Source of the DNA: Lytechinus pictus
Lineage: Eukaryota
Direction: 5' to 3'
NCBI RefSeq assembly: GCF_037042905.1
Contig: NC_087249.1
Location: 6,884,001 to 6,948,000 of the forward strand
DNA length: 64,000 nucleotides
Shown: in pieces, positions 49,041 through 62,579 of the stretch
How the letters are laid out: each line of letters begins with the position of its first letter
Numbering within the stretch: the stretch's first letter is position 1
The notes under the pieces: model-generated
Told to the model about the DNA's origin: nothing
What the model saw: the letters and a program-made list of their open reading frames with translations, nothing else
Database searches by the model: none
Program-made: the position numbers and the translations under genes

Positions 49041-51399
49041 TCAGCTACTCACTTATTCTATCAATTATGAGGTACATGTCCATTTTTGCACACGTTTCCA
49101 CTTCAAGAAAGAGAAGGACAATAAAGGAAGAGAGGGAACTTCCGACAGATTCTTAATCCAACTGCCTCTCCGATTAAACTCAGAGGTTGGTTTATTATTG
49201 ACGGTAGTAGAGTCTGTCATCTGTGGGATTAATAGCTTAGATATAGAAAGTTGAGCAAGGAAATGCACTTTGACAAAATGACGTCGCTTGACCTTGGATT
49301 TGAGAAAGAGCGAAACAAACGGTAGATAGCCATCTTCAGGTTTGTTATCTACGGTCTCAAAATATGATGTAATAAAATGATGAAGTTCACGCATACTTTT
49401 CTAATGTGTTTTGTAAGATTTTGTTCTATTTATCCTCAATTGAGGTACTTTATTGTCCATAAAAATATCAAAAGATACAGGTTTTTACATCAACAAAATA
49501 CATATCATAGCGTACAACAATATTTTACAAAAAAATACAACAAATACAATAAAATATGCTTACACTACCAGTCACTATTCCTCGGCCCGCTATCACCCGT
49601 CGAGAACCAGAAAACAATAGATTCAGTGGACTGAATCCATTGTTCTCCGGCTCCAACTGGCCAGCCAACAGCGAACCAAAAAAAAAACGTGATCGGTAGT
49701 GTATTCACTCGAAGTAATAACGCATCTTTTCTGATTATACTTCAAACTTATGTAAAATCTTATTTCTGCTTTTTTGCAAGATGTATGTCAACTTCATTTC
49801 TCGTAATTGTGTATACTGTGACAATCGTTGAAATGAATGGTATTTTATCTTTTATAATTTTAACTCTGTGGTACCTTCTATTCTGGAACTTTGCATTAAA
49901 ACAATAACGGTCTATTGTCATGTGACCTACAGCGTCGATCTTCAGTGGCCAGAGCCAGCACAACTCACAAGAAATATATACAATACTCTATACCATTAAG
50001 GTTTAGAAGAACTTATACGCGTCTCTGTTTTGAAACAAAGGTGTGTTAAGACTTTTTAAAAGTATTCATTTTTCATTAGACTTATGAAGAAAACTTTCTC
50101 TAAATATAAATGTATGCATACATACATGAATGTATAATGTATGATGATCTGAGGCTAAGTATTGTTAATTGCAATTGTGAAACTCTACTAACTACATGTA
50201 CCACACTAAAAAGAGTCATCGCAATGATGATGTCATAAACTGTAGTAGGATTTCCACAAAGTATGGGCCATGACTATATGCGGTTTACGGTTATCTCCCA
50301 TCCACCAACTCGACAAATTGATAAAGAATGCGCATGCGTACATGGTTATTGGAATATGAATATGCTGTCAAAATTGAAGTTTTAAGGAGCATGGCTTGGA
50401 TTGTATCTGACATTCGCTTTCTGCTTGAAATGACGTCTCCTTAGGAAAACCCTTTCGATCTAGAAGATTAATTCCTCTCCGTACCAGGAGGGGGAAGTGC
50501 CTTTATTATTAGCAAAGATGAGCACATTCTTTTGTGATCACCTGTCTCTTTGAACGGTTGTTTAATGTCTAAATCAATTAAAGGGAAGTCCGCTTGTTTC
50601 TGCTCGAGAATAATAAATGACTCACTTTCTTATGTCCGAACCATATACTTCTAGACTTAGGGGAGAGGGGTGAGGGGGGCTATAACTGTATGAAATCTCA
50701 ACTTCGAGATTTTGTTTTTCAACAATACAATGATAAAAAGCGAAAGTCGGACAGCTAGAGAGTGAATTGTCGGTTGGTCAAATGAATTCAGGCTTGTGTT
50801 TCGATTTGGAAAAAAAGACCTGTGATGGGTTTAATTTTCAGTAGATAAACATTTGGTGATTGAACCAAGTTCCGTGACAAACTTCAAATAGCGTTTATAC
50901 AACTACAATGATCCTAGAAGCAAAACATTATAGTAGTTAGGTTGTTTCAATGTATGCACATTTACATGATTGTTAAGTCATGTAGCAAAAATACCTCAGA
51001 TTTCCTATGCATTTTATGTGTTATTTTTTCATTATTGTAAAAAAACAAAATCACGAAATCTCACCTATCATTTGCATATGTTACTGGTGTCCACCAAAAC
51101 CCTTCTATATACAATAGGTGCCACCTTAACAAATGGCAATTCGTATCATTTTATAATCACTGATGGTAAATATCTAAACATGTCCGCTCTCATTTGTTAT
51201 TTCACATTCACTCTCAACATGTTCGACATTATTATCCGTGTATGGGTCCCATTGGAATAATCACGGTAATAGGCTCCGGATATCGAATTAAAGAATGAGA
51301 TTCAAATCTTTAAGAGTATGCTGAAGAACGTGCTTATTTTGGCATCGTTCTGCCCCATTAGAAGACAGTTGCTAGAAAAAGGGGTGTTTAGAAAGTCTT

Positions 51400-51501
51400 T
51401 TTTTAATTCCTTATCGGATTTTGATCAAACTTTTAGTGTTTTGTTCGTCATTTTTTGCTTAATCTGTTCAAATCATATTATTTTCATCCTGGAGTACCCT
51501 T
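51400..51501. mobile_element. Solo terminal fragment of MITE family B
   Basis: GATTTTGATCAAA...TTTTCATCCTGGAGTACCCTTTTAA is the reverse complement of the 39975 terminus. Confidence 0.6.
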
Positions 51502-52449
51502 TTAATATAATCCAATTCAAACCAAAGTCCAAAATCCGAGCCGCTGATTTGTCTTAAATCAACTTGTGTTCGATCAATCGAGATGCGTTTTAACGAAATT
51601 CTTTTTACAAGTGACTCTTGTGCCGAAGATAACACCTCCTTCCCTCCCCGTATTCGTTCCCCATTCGTAAATTTATGAAACATATCTTGCTTTCTCCAAC
51701 ATGCGGCAACAAGATAACACTCAATCTGAATGAAATTAGAGAACATTAAGAAGATATTTAATTTTAAACAATGGGATCTCTATAATACATTTTTTTTTTA
51801 CAAATTCATCTATCCATATAGATGCCTTAATAATCAGCTGGGCAATAAACATATCGACTCGTATGAATTGAAAAAAAAGGAAAAACTGTTGAAAATGCAA
51901 ACCTTTTTTTATTAGAAAAAAAATACGTGAAATGCACTATGTATTTTTTCTCTCGGTTAGGATCATATACATGTATATACATGAGCATGATGGGGGACGT
52001 TCCGAAATGATCCAAAGATTTGAGGGGGTTTAAGATTCGTGTCCTAGTCACGTCTTTCGGATGGTGACGTCAACTACCCAAGTGGATGTACAACCACTCG
52101 AGTGAATGCATGTCAGTCACTTCGATGAGGGGGGTCTAGAAAACGATTCTAGCTCTCTGATTGGATAAAACAGTTCAATCACTCACACTCCCGAGCGAGT
52201 GATGGTAAAATACGTAGAAATCATTCACTCACTCGAGTGAGTGAGTGAGTGAGTGAATGAATGACAGCTTATGGCATGAACGACCCGTCATACAATATCG
52301 ACAAACCTAATATGATTATCCCTCTCAGAATATATATGTTTATGCTTTTGTTAAGTAATTTTATCATTCATGAGGAAGTTATGTTTTCGAAAATATTAAA
52401 CCATTTGCGTATGGATTTATGAAATAGATGAATGGGCAGTAATACCTAC

Positions 52450-52604
52450 TCAGGCAAGGAAGGAACTCCGTCCGGGAACTCCGTCGGGGAGAATGATCTC
52501 CATGCCAGATTTTTGAGTAAAATGATAACCTCGACTTGTGTTTGACTTCTACTTCACTTCCAGAACACCAAACTGGGATCTTGAAAATATAGCCACTTGT
52601 GACC
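52450..52604 (-). other. Candidate internal exon of a minus-strand transcript
   Basis: Minus strand: acceptor gtctattttAG|GGT, donor |GTAGGT (or TAG|GTATTA 4 nt further); contains a short ATG-stop uORF (MEIILPDGVPGRSSFLA*). Confidence 0.35.
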
Positions 52605-55194
52605 CTAAAATAGACTAATTTTGGCAAGGACCTCTTCTGATGGATTTAGAAAGGTCATATTAAAGAGGTGGACATACAGAAAGAAGGTGGTAAATAACTG
52701 TTAATTTTGTATGATACCGACTAGTAAATGTAGAGCAAAAAATAGAAAAAAGGAAGGGACTTGAAGCAGTGTTAGTAATTTGTGTTTTAAATTTTGTATT
52801 AACTATGAACAAATAACTAAACTAAACACCTCGGAAAAATTGTAACACTTCTTATTTAGAAGGGCAGCAACATAATTTCTTATCCTTCATGAATACTAAC
52901 ATTTGAATTTAGAAACTTTAGAGTGGTCTTGTCGGGTTCAAATTTTCGATGTCAAATTTCTGACCATCTGCAGGAACTGATTTGTAAAATGATTTTTTTT
53001 TTTATATAGGGGAAATTGAATTTATCGGGTAACAAAAGTGAAATAACTCATGTAATCAAACTCAGAATGAAGCTCATTTTATGTTATTGAAGATGTGGAC
53101 AATTTTGTATCATAAGGGATAAAAGGGTTCAAGAAAACGGGTACTTAAAGTCAAAGAGAAACAATATTAGCATTCTTAAAATTTGTATCACCGCTTATCA
53201 AATCCACGATAATTATATAGTGTACATAAAGAGGAAGATGCTCTAGATTTCCACTCGTTTTCACTTAAAAAGACCAACATCCCAAACAAGCCAATAAAAC
53301 AAATTATATTGCGGTGCTTTAAAAAATCATATTAGTGAACGAATCGGTTCCGCGATGACTGTACAGTTACCAGGAGTAATCTCGAATAGTAAAGAGCTAC
53401 AGTAAACACTTGACCTGAGGCAGTCTTCGGGATTTGATGTAGGCAAAAATGTTATTGAAGGAATTCAAAGCATTAAATAAACACAGCGCAAAATTTGTAT
53501 TATTCGGTTTTATATTTCTGAAATGCATGTTAAATGTGTTAAATAATTGCATCTAAAAAAAAAAAAAAAAACCGCATTGACTCAGAGGTAGTAGCCAAAT
53601 GAATGTGTAGTTCTAAGAAGAAATTGAACAGTCCATTTAATTATAAAAAGAAATGGAACAGCTTACACATGACAGTCTCCGATTTTAGACTTGTTTGATC
53701 TTAAAACATGGGCCCCTATTACGACAATTTGCAACCAATTAAATATTTGAAACAATACTTTTGATTGGTTTATATCGCGCATTCTTTTCAGCAGTAGTTC
53801 CGACTGGCCATTGCCATTTTAATAGCCATTTATTGAACAACTATGAGTTATAGAATCCTGGAGTACATTATACTTTCATGTTTGCAATCGTGACTGAACC
53901 AAGTAACTCCTTGATTAAACACAACTTGCGGTGCCACCATGAAGTAATTACAATGCCGTCGCGGATGGTCGCTATGTTATTAAGAGCCTGGCACTTCTTA
54001 AAATAAACCCGTTGACACCTTGAAGCTTTCCTCACCCAGAAGAAGCGAAGAAGAAAAGATGACAGGAAGGAAATGGTCTCGCGCCAAAGACACAACTCTC
54101 CTGTCAAAAGTGGGTCCTGGCGAGACAAGAGCAAGCGAGGTTTACTTCAGGTTTGACAAACTGTGGCTTCTTTCTTGTACATTCTTAGCCAAATGGAGCT
54201 CAGGGGAGAGAAAGAACGATTAAAGGATCGATCAGACATATATATAATTTTGTCTTCATTTTATATATAACGATCTGATCAACAAAGTCTATATGTCAAC
54301 CCCAATGGTTTGTTCTAATTTAGTAGGTCTGTGCCTGCCTCTAATAATTTTGATCTTAGCAATGAGTATGAAGATGTGGATGAGGCAACTGCTAATTACT
54401 TCGAAGGTAAAATTTGACAGTTCAAGAGAAACTAGGAAACTATTTATGACTTGAAACATCAAGTTCATGTCGCTATTCTTGTTTTATCAGTCAGATATAA
54501 AGGGGCCGCGGTACAGAGAGGGGAGGGGCTTGCCCGCCACTTTCATGACTTTTTTTCAGTAACCATGATCATCAAATTTGGATTTTATGCATCCTTACCC
54601 CCCCCCCCTTTCCCACTTCCAAAATTATTCTGCAGCACCTTTCTGATTCTTTTACTGTGCCATTATTCTGCAAGGAATGGGATGGAAATCATATCAATAA
54701 TAGTCTGAAGAAAAGTGCGATAATTAGACATTAGACAGGTTCGACGCGGTATGGCTCAAACATAGATTTTGAGTGTTTCCATAAAGACAATAATAACGTA
54801 TTTTAGCATCCACCTCGCATACGCTTTCTGCAACGTTGAGAATCTATTGAAAATTGCCCGTCGAATCACGATGGTCAGATTAGTATAGAGGTCATTGTCG
54901 AAAGTTGGTGGACCGGGAACAGCATATCGTCTTAAGATTCGGACCGGACAAAAAATTGCAAATTTATTATGTCGTTGGTCCAGACTCAAGAACGACACTG
55001 CTGTTTTGATTCACTGATTTTCGACAAAGATTTCTTTGTTATGAAGGGCTTTTGACAATAGATTCTCTGCGTTATAGAAAGCGTCCACGTGGTGATTGCT
55101 AAAATGCTCTATTAACATGATTAATAAGGCCTTGTCATACCATCCTGCCTGTTTCTTGCATGGGTTATGAACGGAAGACCGAAGAAAGACCACG

Positions 55195-55272
55195 GGATGT
55201 TTTGTATAGGAGAGAGCCGCCGAGTCATGTCATTGTTCATGACGTCATAATTTGAATTGAAGCTATTGGTTG
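55195..55272 (-). promoter_or_regulatory. Candidate minus-strand promoter (CCAAT, CRE, TATA-like)
   Basis: CCAAT on minus at ~55265, TGACGTCA at 55240, TATACAAA on minus at ~55201-55208; possible donor GC|GTATGC at ~54822. Confidence 0.3.
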
Positions 55273-57090
55273 TAAACCGATAGAATATCTAGGGCCTATG
55301 TTCATGATGTTCTATATCTCGGGCATTTGGCGGATTCTTTCCCTGAAGCTTTTAAGAGAGACCCTACGGAAATGAATTTTCTTTACTCGCTTGTTTTACA
55401 CGATATAAGATTGTCCTTATTCCCACTGTGTTACTCTCTGTTTATTCCTTTTATGAAGGAACTCGAATTTAAAGAGACAGATTTTGAGACAGGAATTTAA
55501 TAGAATTTCTATCTAAAAAATGAACAGTTCCTTGTAAAAATAAAGTCATTTTAAAAGAATAGAATAGATCAGTTTTGACAAAAATCTAGTCATTCTTTAA
55601 TATAAATTCTACTAATTGCCCCTTCGGCAAGGTATCACTTTACATTTGTGTTAACTGCTTTAGAGTGTAGTTTGGCAGGGGGACTTTTCTGCTATAGTAC
55701 ATTAGAGTAGTGTAGATCAATTACATTATTATGTCATTTTATAACGTTAAGTAACGCATATTTTTCCAGTTCAACATGTTTTAAGTAGGCCTACATGTAT
55801 AAATTACAATTAACGACTTTGAATGGGCATCAAGGGTAATTATCGTGACGAATATCAGGTATAGGCCTATATACTGATTAAAGATAGACCAATTATGCCT
55901 ATCATTTCATAGGAATTTATATGAGCGTGAAAACCATCAAAAGATATTTTACCGCAGGTAAAAAAAAAAAAATCAGTTTTGATTTAGAAAGAGCGTTAAC
56001 GTTGTTGACGTAATTCATTCAGTGGCGTATGGATGGGGGGGGGGGGGGGCGAGTGGTTGGGGGCAGTCCCCCCCCCCAAATGTTTCTCGACCATGAAAAA
56101 AATAGAGATAGAGAAAAAGGAAAGAGTGAGGATGAAATATAATATCTTTCTTTAGATATTATGTCAAAATCTATCCCAAAATTCGTATTTGTATCAAAAA
56201 GGTCAAAATTTTACCCCATACGTTATGTCTGGCCCATATTTTTTTCTCTCATTAGGCAACTGTATGGTTTTGTGATCTCATGATCAATCGGTCATTGCTA
56301 ATGTAATTCTAATTTTGTTTCTTTGTCTCCATAGTTTAAATACTTAAAACACGTGATATTAACGGTTATAATCATTTATAGAACTGTGATGATAGAAACC
56401 ATGGACCACTATATTCAATAGCGAAAATGAAATACATCAGCGCAATAGCATGACTCATTGCACATGACCACAGGAAGCGTTTTGATTGGTCAATCAACAA
56501 GATTGCCTTTATTCGCAGCGAGTCGCCGAAATCCAAGGCGTCTTTACGTGCGAATCCCTGGATTTAAACCACAAGCCCTTTAAAGAATATGAAATACTAA
56601 AGGAGATGTTAAAAATATAGGTTTATGGGCTTACGAAAGGTCGCCATGGAAATCTACTTAGGATAGAACTGCCCCGTCTCGAATTACCCAAGACATAGAT
56701 TCTGCTTATTTTATGTCTGAAGAGGAAAATCAGTGTCCTAAAACAAATTTCGCCCACTCAGCGGTAGTTCCAGTGAACTGGCAGATTGCAACTGCAAATA
56801 CTGAATTTGATATTGCACAACATGATAAGGGGAATGTTTTAGAAAAGAACAAGGTATATAAAATACTTTGCTCAAAGAAAGTGAAATCATGGTCATTACG
56901 GGCCGAAACCCTTGACCTTTCTGACTTATTTCCACGCCGAAAACATTTTTGCGACACGTTGCGTTTTGGACGACGAGTGCTTCTTCGGCGGCTGGAAACT
57001 ACAACTGTCCCGTCGATCGGTGTACATGGTGGTGTATTAAGCGTTTCCGTCCTGTGAATAAACCGTTTCGATTTTAGAACGAGGACGTAC

Positions 57091-57200
57091 TCGCGTTCAC
57101 GGACCCGCACAACGCTGGGTTACCCCGAAAACAATTACAATTAAGTCTCAGAAACTGGAGGACGGACGGACGGAATCTAAGAGTTGACGCATGCGCAGAT
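57091..57200 (-). promoter_or_regulatory. Candidate minus-strand promoter and non-coding first exon
   Basis: CpG-rich unique patch at 56900-57250; NRF1-like CGCATGCGCA at ~57188-57197; donor GA|GTACGT at 57091/57090. Confidence 0.35.
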
Positions 57201-58223
57201 GGTTCAATTATCAATTTCATCGTCGTATCAGCCGTCGCGTCATCCATAACGAAAGCACATTAATGCCCGTAGATGCACAATTAGACAGCAATGCAGATAA
57301 AGTGTTTTGCTTAAGGCAAGGGCGGATCCGGGATTTTCCAAAAAGAGTAGGGGGGCACTATTTTACTGGAGAAAATTGACAAGCAAAAAAAGTTCTCAGT
57401 TCAAAATGAAGATAATTATATCCCAGGAAAAATTTGACTAGCAAAAAAAAAAAGGTTGAAGGTTTTCACGACGAAATGGAGATAAGTTTTTTTCCCCCAT
57501 TTTTGTGTCTCTCAACAGCGGGGGGGGGGGGGGGACACGGGGTGGATGTGCCACCAGTGGCTCAAGGGGAAGTGGAGGGAGGTGGTGTCGTGCCGGGAGT
57601 CGAACCTCGGACCTCCATGCGTGTACGTTCAGGCAAGACCACGCGGTTACGGCATACCTCCATGGTACTTCTGCGCACCGAGATTCCTCCACGCACATTT
57701 CATTTTCATATTTTTTACATTTAGGTGTAACATTGACGCACCCCACTATTGTACACCCATCACTCACGTACCCCTTCCACCCTCTTTCTAACGCTACTAG
57801 GGTCCTACCCCACCTCTACCAATCAGAATATCGGTATCTGTCAACTGGGACACACTCATTTGGTCTAAATCGGAGGAGACGACAGCAATGTTTTGGACAA
57901 TTCTTTCAACGAAGAAGACATCTCCCGCTTCCTGAGACCATCCCAGCTGAATTTGACCAGGAGGTATTTAATTAAAATGAGTTTCCATGTTAATCATGAC
58001 CGATTCCAGTATTCTGGGGGATTCTCATTTGCATCCCCCCTAAAATTTTGGTTGATACCCTTTTTTTTTTTTGCTTGTCAATTTTTTTACCTGTGTCCAT
58101 CCCAACATTTCAAGAGGACCCCCCTAAATTTTTTGGCTTCCGCCGCCAATGTTCAAAGCTCTTGAAGATTGATAAGATGTGACATCTAATCCTGGACAGT
58201 ATCCTAGGCCTCAGACGCTGACA

Positions 58224-58438
58224 CGACATTTTTTCCTGCGACATTTGCTCCGATCTCAATATCTCAGAGGGCATAGGGTTAGAGATAAGATCGCAATAAA
58301 CTGATAAAGTTTTTGATTCGGAATAATTTTAAGATAAGGATTAGGGTTTAATTAGTTTTGGAGGTTAGGATTCATGTTTGGCTGAACATGCAGATTTTCC
58401 ATCGGAGCAATTGTCGCCGGGGCAAATGTCACGGAACC
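58224..58438. mobile_element. Unclassified TIR element with degenerate TTAGGG-like internal repeats
   Basis: GCGACATTTGCTCCGAT / ATCGGAGCAATTGTCGC inverted ends; internal TAGGGTTAG, TTAGGGTTT, GGTTAGG. Confidence 0.55.
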
Positions 58439-60099
58439 ACTCAAACCTCATCGTCAACATGGCATAGTCGGTTGAAAATTTACTTCACCTTGTCTTCTAA
58501 AGTACCGCAATAAAACTCTTTAAAAATGCATCTAATCAAAGAAATAAAACATTAAAACATATAATAAGCATAACCCTCAGCGCCTCTCTTTGAGAATAGA
58601 TATACATGTAGTTGAATCAACTGGTGTATGTTTGGGTAAAACTTCAACGACCCCACCACCCCCCCCCCCCCCCCCGTCCTGTCCAATTTTGATTTCCCAA
58701 TCCCCAGTCCTGAATGACTCATCCTTGATCTAGTTTATAAGTCAAGTCCAGTTAATGAAGGTCAGTGCGTATTATTTAGTTGGTAATCAGTAGGGTATAG
58801 CCTAGGGGTGCAGATTTTTTTGTTATGGGGGGGGGGGGGGGCGGGCTGGCCCAGGTACTTGTATGAAATGAAATAGGAGTATCTTTCCATAGCGAATGCT
58901 TTCGATATTATTTTTATGTTGGTCCACCAGTCTAGTTTTCTTTCTCCCTTTCTCTCGATCGTCCCTATGCACCCCTCATTCCGCCTAACGCTTTCTCCCC
59001 TTCTCTCCCCCTCCCTCAGTCGCTTTCACCTCAAACACGTTTGCCCTTTGTTTTATACGTTTGAGCAACCTCTCTTGCTTCACATTAAAAAAATAGCGCG
59101 TTGTTCAAGCCCGTCACTCTAACGACAAGTTCTTTAAACTTTTGAACAATTTTTCTACTCGTTAAAACTTTTTTAAACAACATTTTTTAAACTTTAAAGT
59201 TTGAAGTTATTTGAAGCAAGTTGTTAAAAAAGTTGAAACAAAAATAAAAGAAACAACTTTTGAAAAAATGTATACATTAGTTGTTTAATAGAGTGACGGA
59301 CATCTCAGTTTTCTAAAATGACCCCCACCACAGAGTAGAATGATCTACAACGACAAATCCCTCTATTCCGAAGCCTGGTTTAACAAATATTAGATAATTG
59401 CATTCTTCCCTATATTGGATGACAGTGGTCTACAAAAGCAATTACTTCTGTTGAAAACATGACTAGAATGATGCATTATTATTGACCTCGTAATTCTCAT
59501 AGGGGTAGAAAAATTATAAAATGTTTAAATTTAGGGAAATAAGCGAATAAGATAATAGGATTTAGTTTGTCGGGTCAGAGGTACCTGGGTTTCGCTTAAG
59601 TATATGATATATATTCTCATTACTGAGCTGTTTCCATTTTTTATGAATAATGATAAAGCTGAAGTAGTGATGAAAGTAAAAACTTCGCGAATTACCACTT
59701 ACCTTGATATTTTCTGTTAAATCAATGAAATATAGCGTGTGCATTATTAACTCGGTTATGGGATAACTGGGTTTGTGTGTACCTGGAAAAATAATTATGT
59801 AGGGTAAATTTTTCATCTCCGCTCTACTAATCGGATCCAATTTGTTTCGGATATCTCCCTGCTTGGTAAAACACTGTGAGCCGGATATACTATTCCTACA
59901 GACCAAATCGGATACTTCCTCGACTAAGGGTTTGGTAAACCTATATCGGTTGCTATGGAAACTACTAATATGCATGGTTTGCACTCGATACGGTTTGACT
60001 GCTCTATCCAGACGAAAGCGAGTATATCGGTTTCATTCATTATTTTCATTTTTTATCATTTTATTCGGAAATAAAAACAGACATATCGTATACACTTAA

Positions 60100-60705
60100 A
60101 GGGATGTTCCAGGCTGAATATATATATATATCTCTCAATAAATAGAGTAAAATTCATAAGGCAAAATCTTGAAAATTTCATCAAAATCGGATAACAAAAT
60201 AACGAAGTTATTGAATTTAAAAGATTTGCATTATTCCGGTGAAACCATTCTAGGCATGTCTTCATGAATATTCATTAGGTGTGCTGATGATGTCCCCACT
60301 TGTTTTTTGTATTTTATTATATAAAATTAGGTTTATTCAAAAATTTTATACCAAGAACTAAAACAATTGGATTGACAACTCATACTGATTAAGTGCATTA
60401 GTTATTTCTTGCTGCAACTTATTTCATAATAATGGAGACACATCATATATACGTTTATGAACAATGAAGCAATTATGATTTCATGTAATAACATAAGGAA
60501 AATGAAACTGGGGATGTGACATCATCAGCCCACCTAATGAATATTCATGACATGCCTAGAACTGTTTCACCGGAATTACGCAAATATTTAGAATTCAATA
60601 ACTTTGATATTTTGTTATCCGATTTTGATGAAATATTCAGCATTTTGCTTTGTGGATTTTACTCTATTTATTTAGATATAAATATCATCAGCCCGGAGTA
60701 TCCCT
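60100..60705. mobile_element. Kolobok/T2-type MITE, family B (complete)
   Basis: TTAA TSD at 60096 and 60706; AGGGATGTTCCAGGCTG / CAGCCCGGAGTATCCCT. Confidence 0.88.
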
Positions 60706-60884
60706 TTAACTGTGATGAAATAATGGTAATTGACTCGAAAGGTCTGAATTTAGTCTAGTTTTGTTTTGTTTTTGTTTTTTGCTGCCTAAGATAATAAAAT
60801 CAAAACGTATCAATTTGTAGTACACTTATCATAGTGCTTAATACGTTTTTTTAAAGAGTTGCATACTATTTCTCTGGCTATATC

Positions 60885-60990
60885 ACGGCTACCCTGATCG
60901 GGCGCTCGAACATTCAAGGAATTCCTTCCTACCTGGCATTTACTACACATGGGTGGAGAGTGGCAAAGGTAGATAAATGCCTTGCCAAAA
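60885..60990 (-). mobile_element. SINE family A-like fragment
   Basis: CATTCAAGGAATTCCTTCCTACCTGG...CACATGGGT...GATAAATGCCTTGCC matches the 26010-26095 segment. Confidence 0.55.
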
Positions 60991-62579
60991 TGTGTTAATG
61001 AGAAATACATCAAAATATGACAACATGGCACTGCCTACATAATCTAAGATTCTAAATAAAAACATGGACAATATTGGATAGCTATGTCTAGACATGCTTT
61101 CAAAATTGAAACGTCGAACTCCTTATATTGGTTTATACATCGTCGCATTAGGAAATTTCTCAGTGAGTTACCGCAATTAGTGACCTTGGCAAAAGAAGAA
61201 ATTGCTTTTTATAGGAAGGAATTGGTTTTCGTCACCACAGGATAATGAGTGTCCAGGCAGCTTGCCAATGTCTTCAAGGGCGATTCGGTCTGGGGTGAAC
61301 CCCCTTCAAACACTAAAAAATGAAAAGTTATATAAAAACATACATGCCAGGAATATAAATCCATTTAAAATAAGTGATAAAAACTCAACTCTTTCCATCT
61401 TGATTCCATGATTATACATGGTAGTTTGATATTGTATTTACCTTTGATTATGAGTTTCATTCTGTTTGTAACATTTTGATATATTTTCTTTTTATTTCAC
61501 CCATTAATTATTGTGTTGCTTTTTGCTGTCGAAACCACACTCAGATCGAAGTATGTGTTAGCGTTCAATAACATGCAGTAAAACACTATATTATTTAGGT
61601 TAAGTAGATTCGAATCAGTGATAGGTCAATACGCCATCACGTGATCATAGCTGCAAGGATCGCGATGGTAATATTCCAAGCACACTATTAAACCATGTAA
61701 ACGGCGGCGGTAAAGCCTATTCACTCAGGTGACGTCACTCACTGCTTAAAAGCTGCGTAATCACGTATAGTAGTTGTATATTCAACTCCCCTCAACTCGA
61801 TTAAACTTATATGTTTATTTTTCTTTGGGTGATCGTTTTTATAATTGTTTGTTTCTGAAAGTGCATATGCTGCACAATGATACGTCACAATCCAATATCT
61901 AGGTTCGTATTCTCTGAATTAATACGGAAACAATGTATAATTGTTTACAACTCGTGGTTGAAGGAAACCCACCATCAAAACGATAGAAATTCGTCACATC
62001 CCTACTTTTTTACCATTTACACCGTGGGAAAATAAACTAGATGTTATGGCGTGCCCCTTTGGGCCAGCTGCATGTGGAAATTACAATAGTGATTCCGAAA
62101 TCCATGGTGCAAGCTTTGAAATTCCAATTCATCTCTGAATATCAAATAGTACCACAAAGCACAATCTAGATTACTTCAATTAAACAATAATCATAACCGC
62201 AAAATCTGGCTGATATTAAGTAAAGGATAACTCAAACTCCAGGTAACTTTATTCATATTCTTCAAAGGAACTAAAGTAATATGAATTGAGGGAAAGGATA
62301 TAACAGTCATCACAAAAACAAAATTGATTGCAGCATCCATTTTACAACCGAATTATATAACTGTTAATATAGCTATTGAAAATAAGGGATGGGCGCATAC
62401 GCCTCAAAGCACCCCTCCCCCATTTAGATGAATAGTGTTATTCCACTAATATAAAATGGGGACTTTCAACATTCTCTTTGGACTTAAAAAGCATAAAATT
62501 GAAGGTGCTTTTTTTTCTTTGAATTTTGAAAAGGATTCACTTTTGAAATTGGCACTAACCAACACCCAAACACCACCAA

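Noticed and set aside
52225..52262. 20-bp perfect palindrome TCACTCACTCGAGTGAGTGA
   Set aside because: Head-to-head (GAGT)n microsatellite; no evidence of function
56713..57110. Overlapping 114-aa and 126-aa ORFs
   Set aside because: No recognisable domain; better explained by a GC-richer promoter-like patch
59562..60099. 140-aa minus-strand ORF and possible 80-nt exon (59703-59782)
   Set aside because: No protein motif, and the region has repeat-like internal motifs; splice signals alone are insufficient
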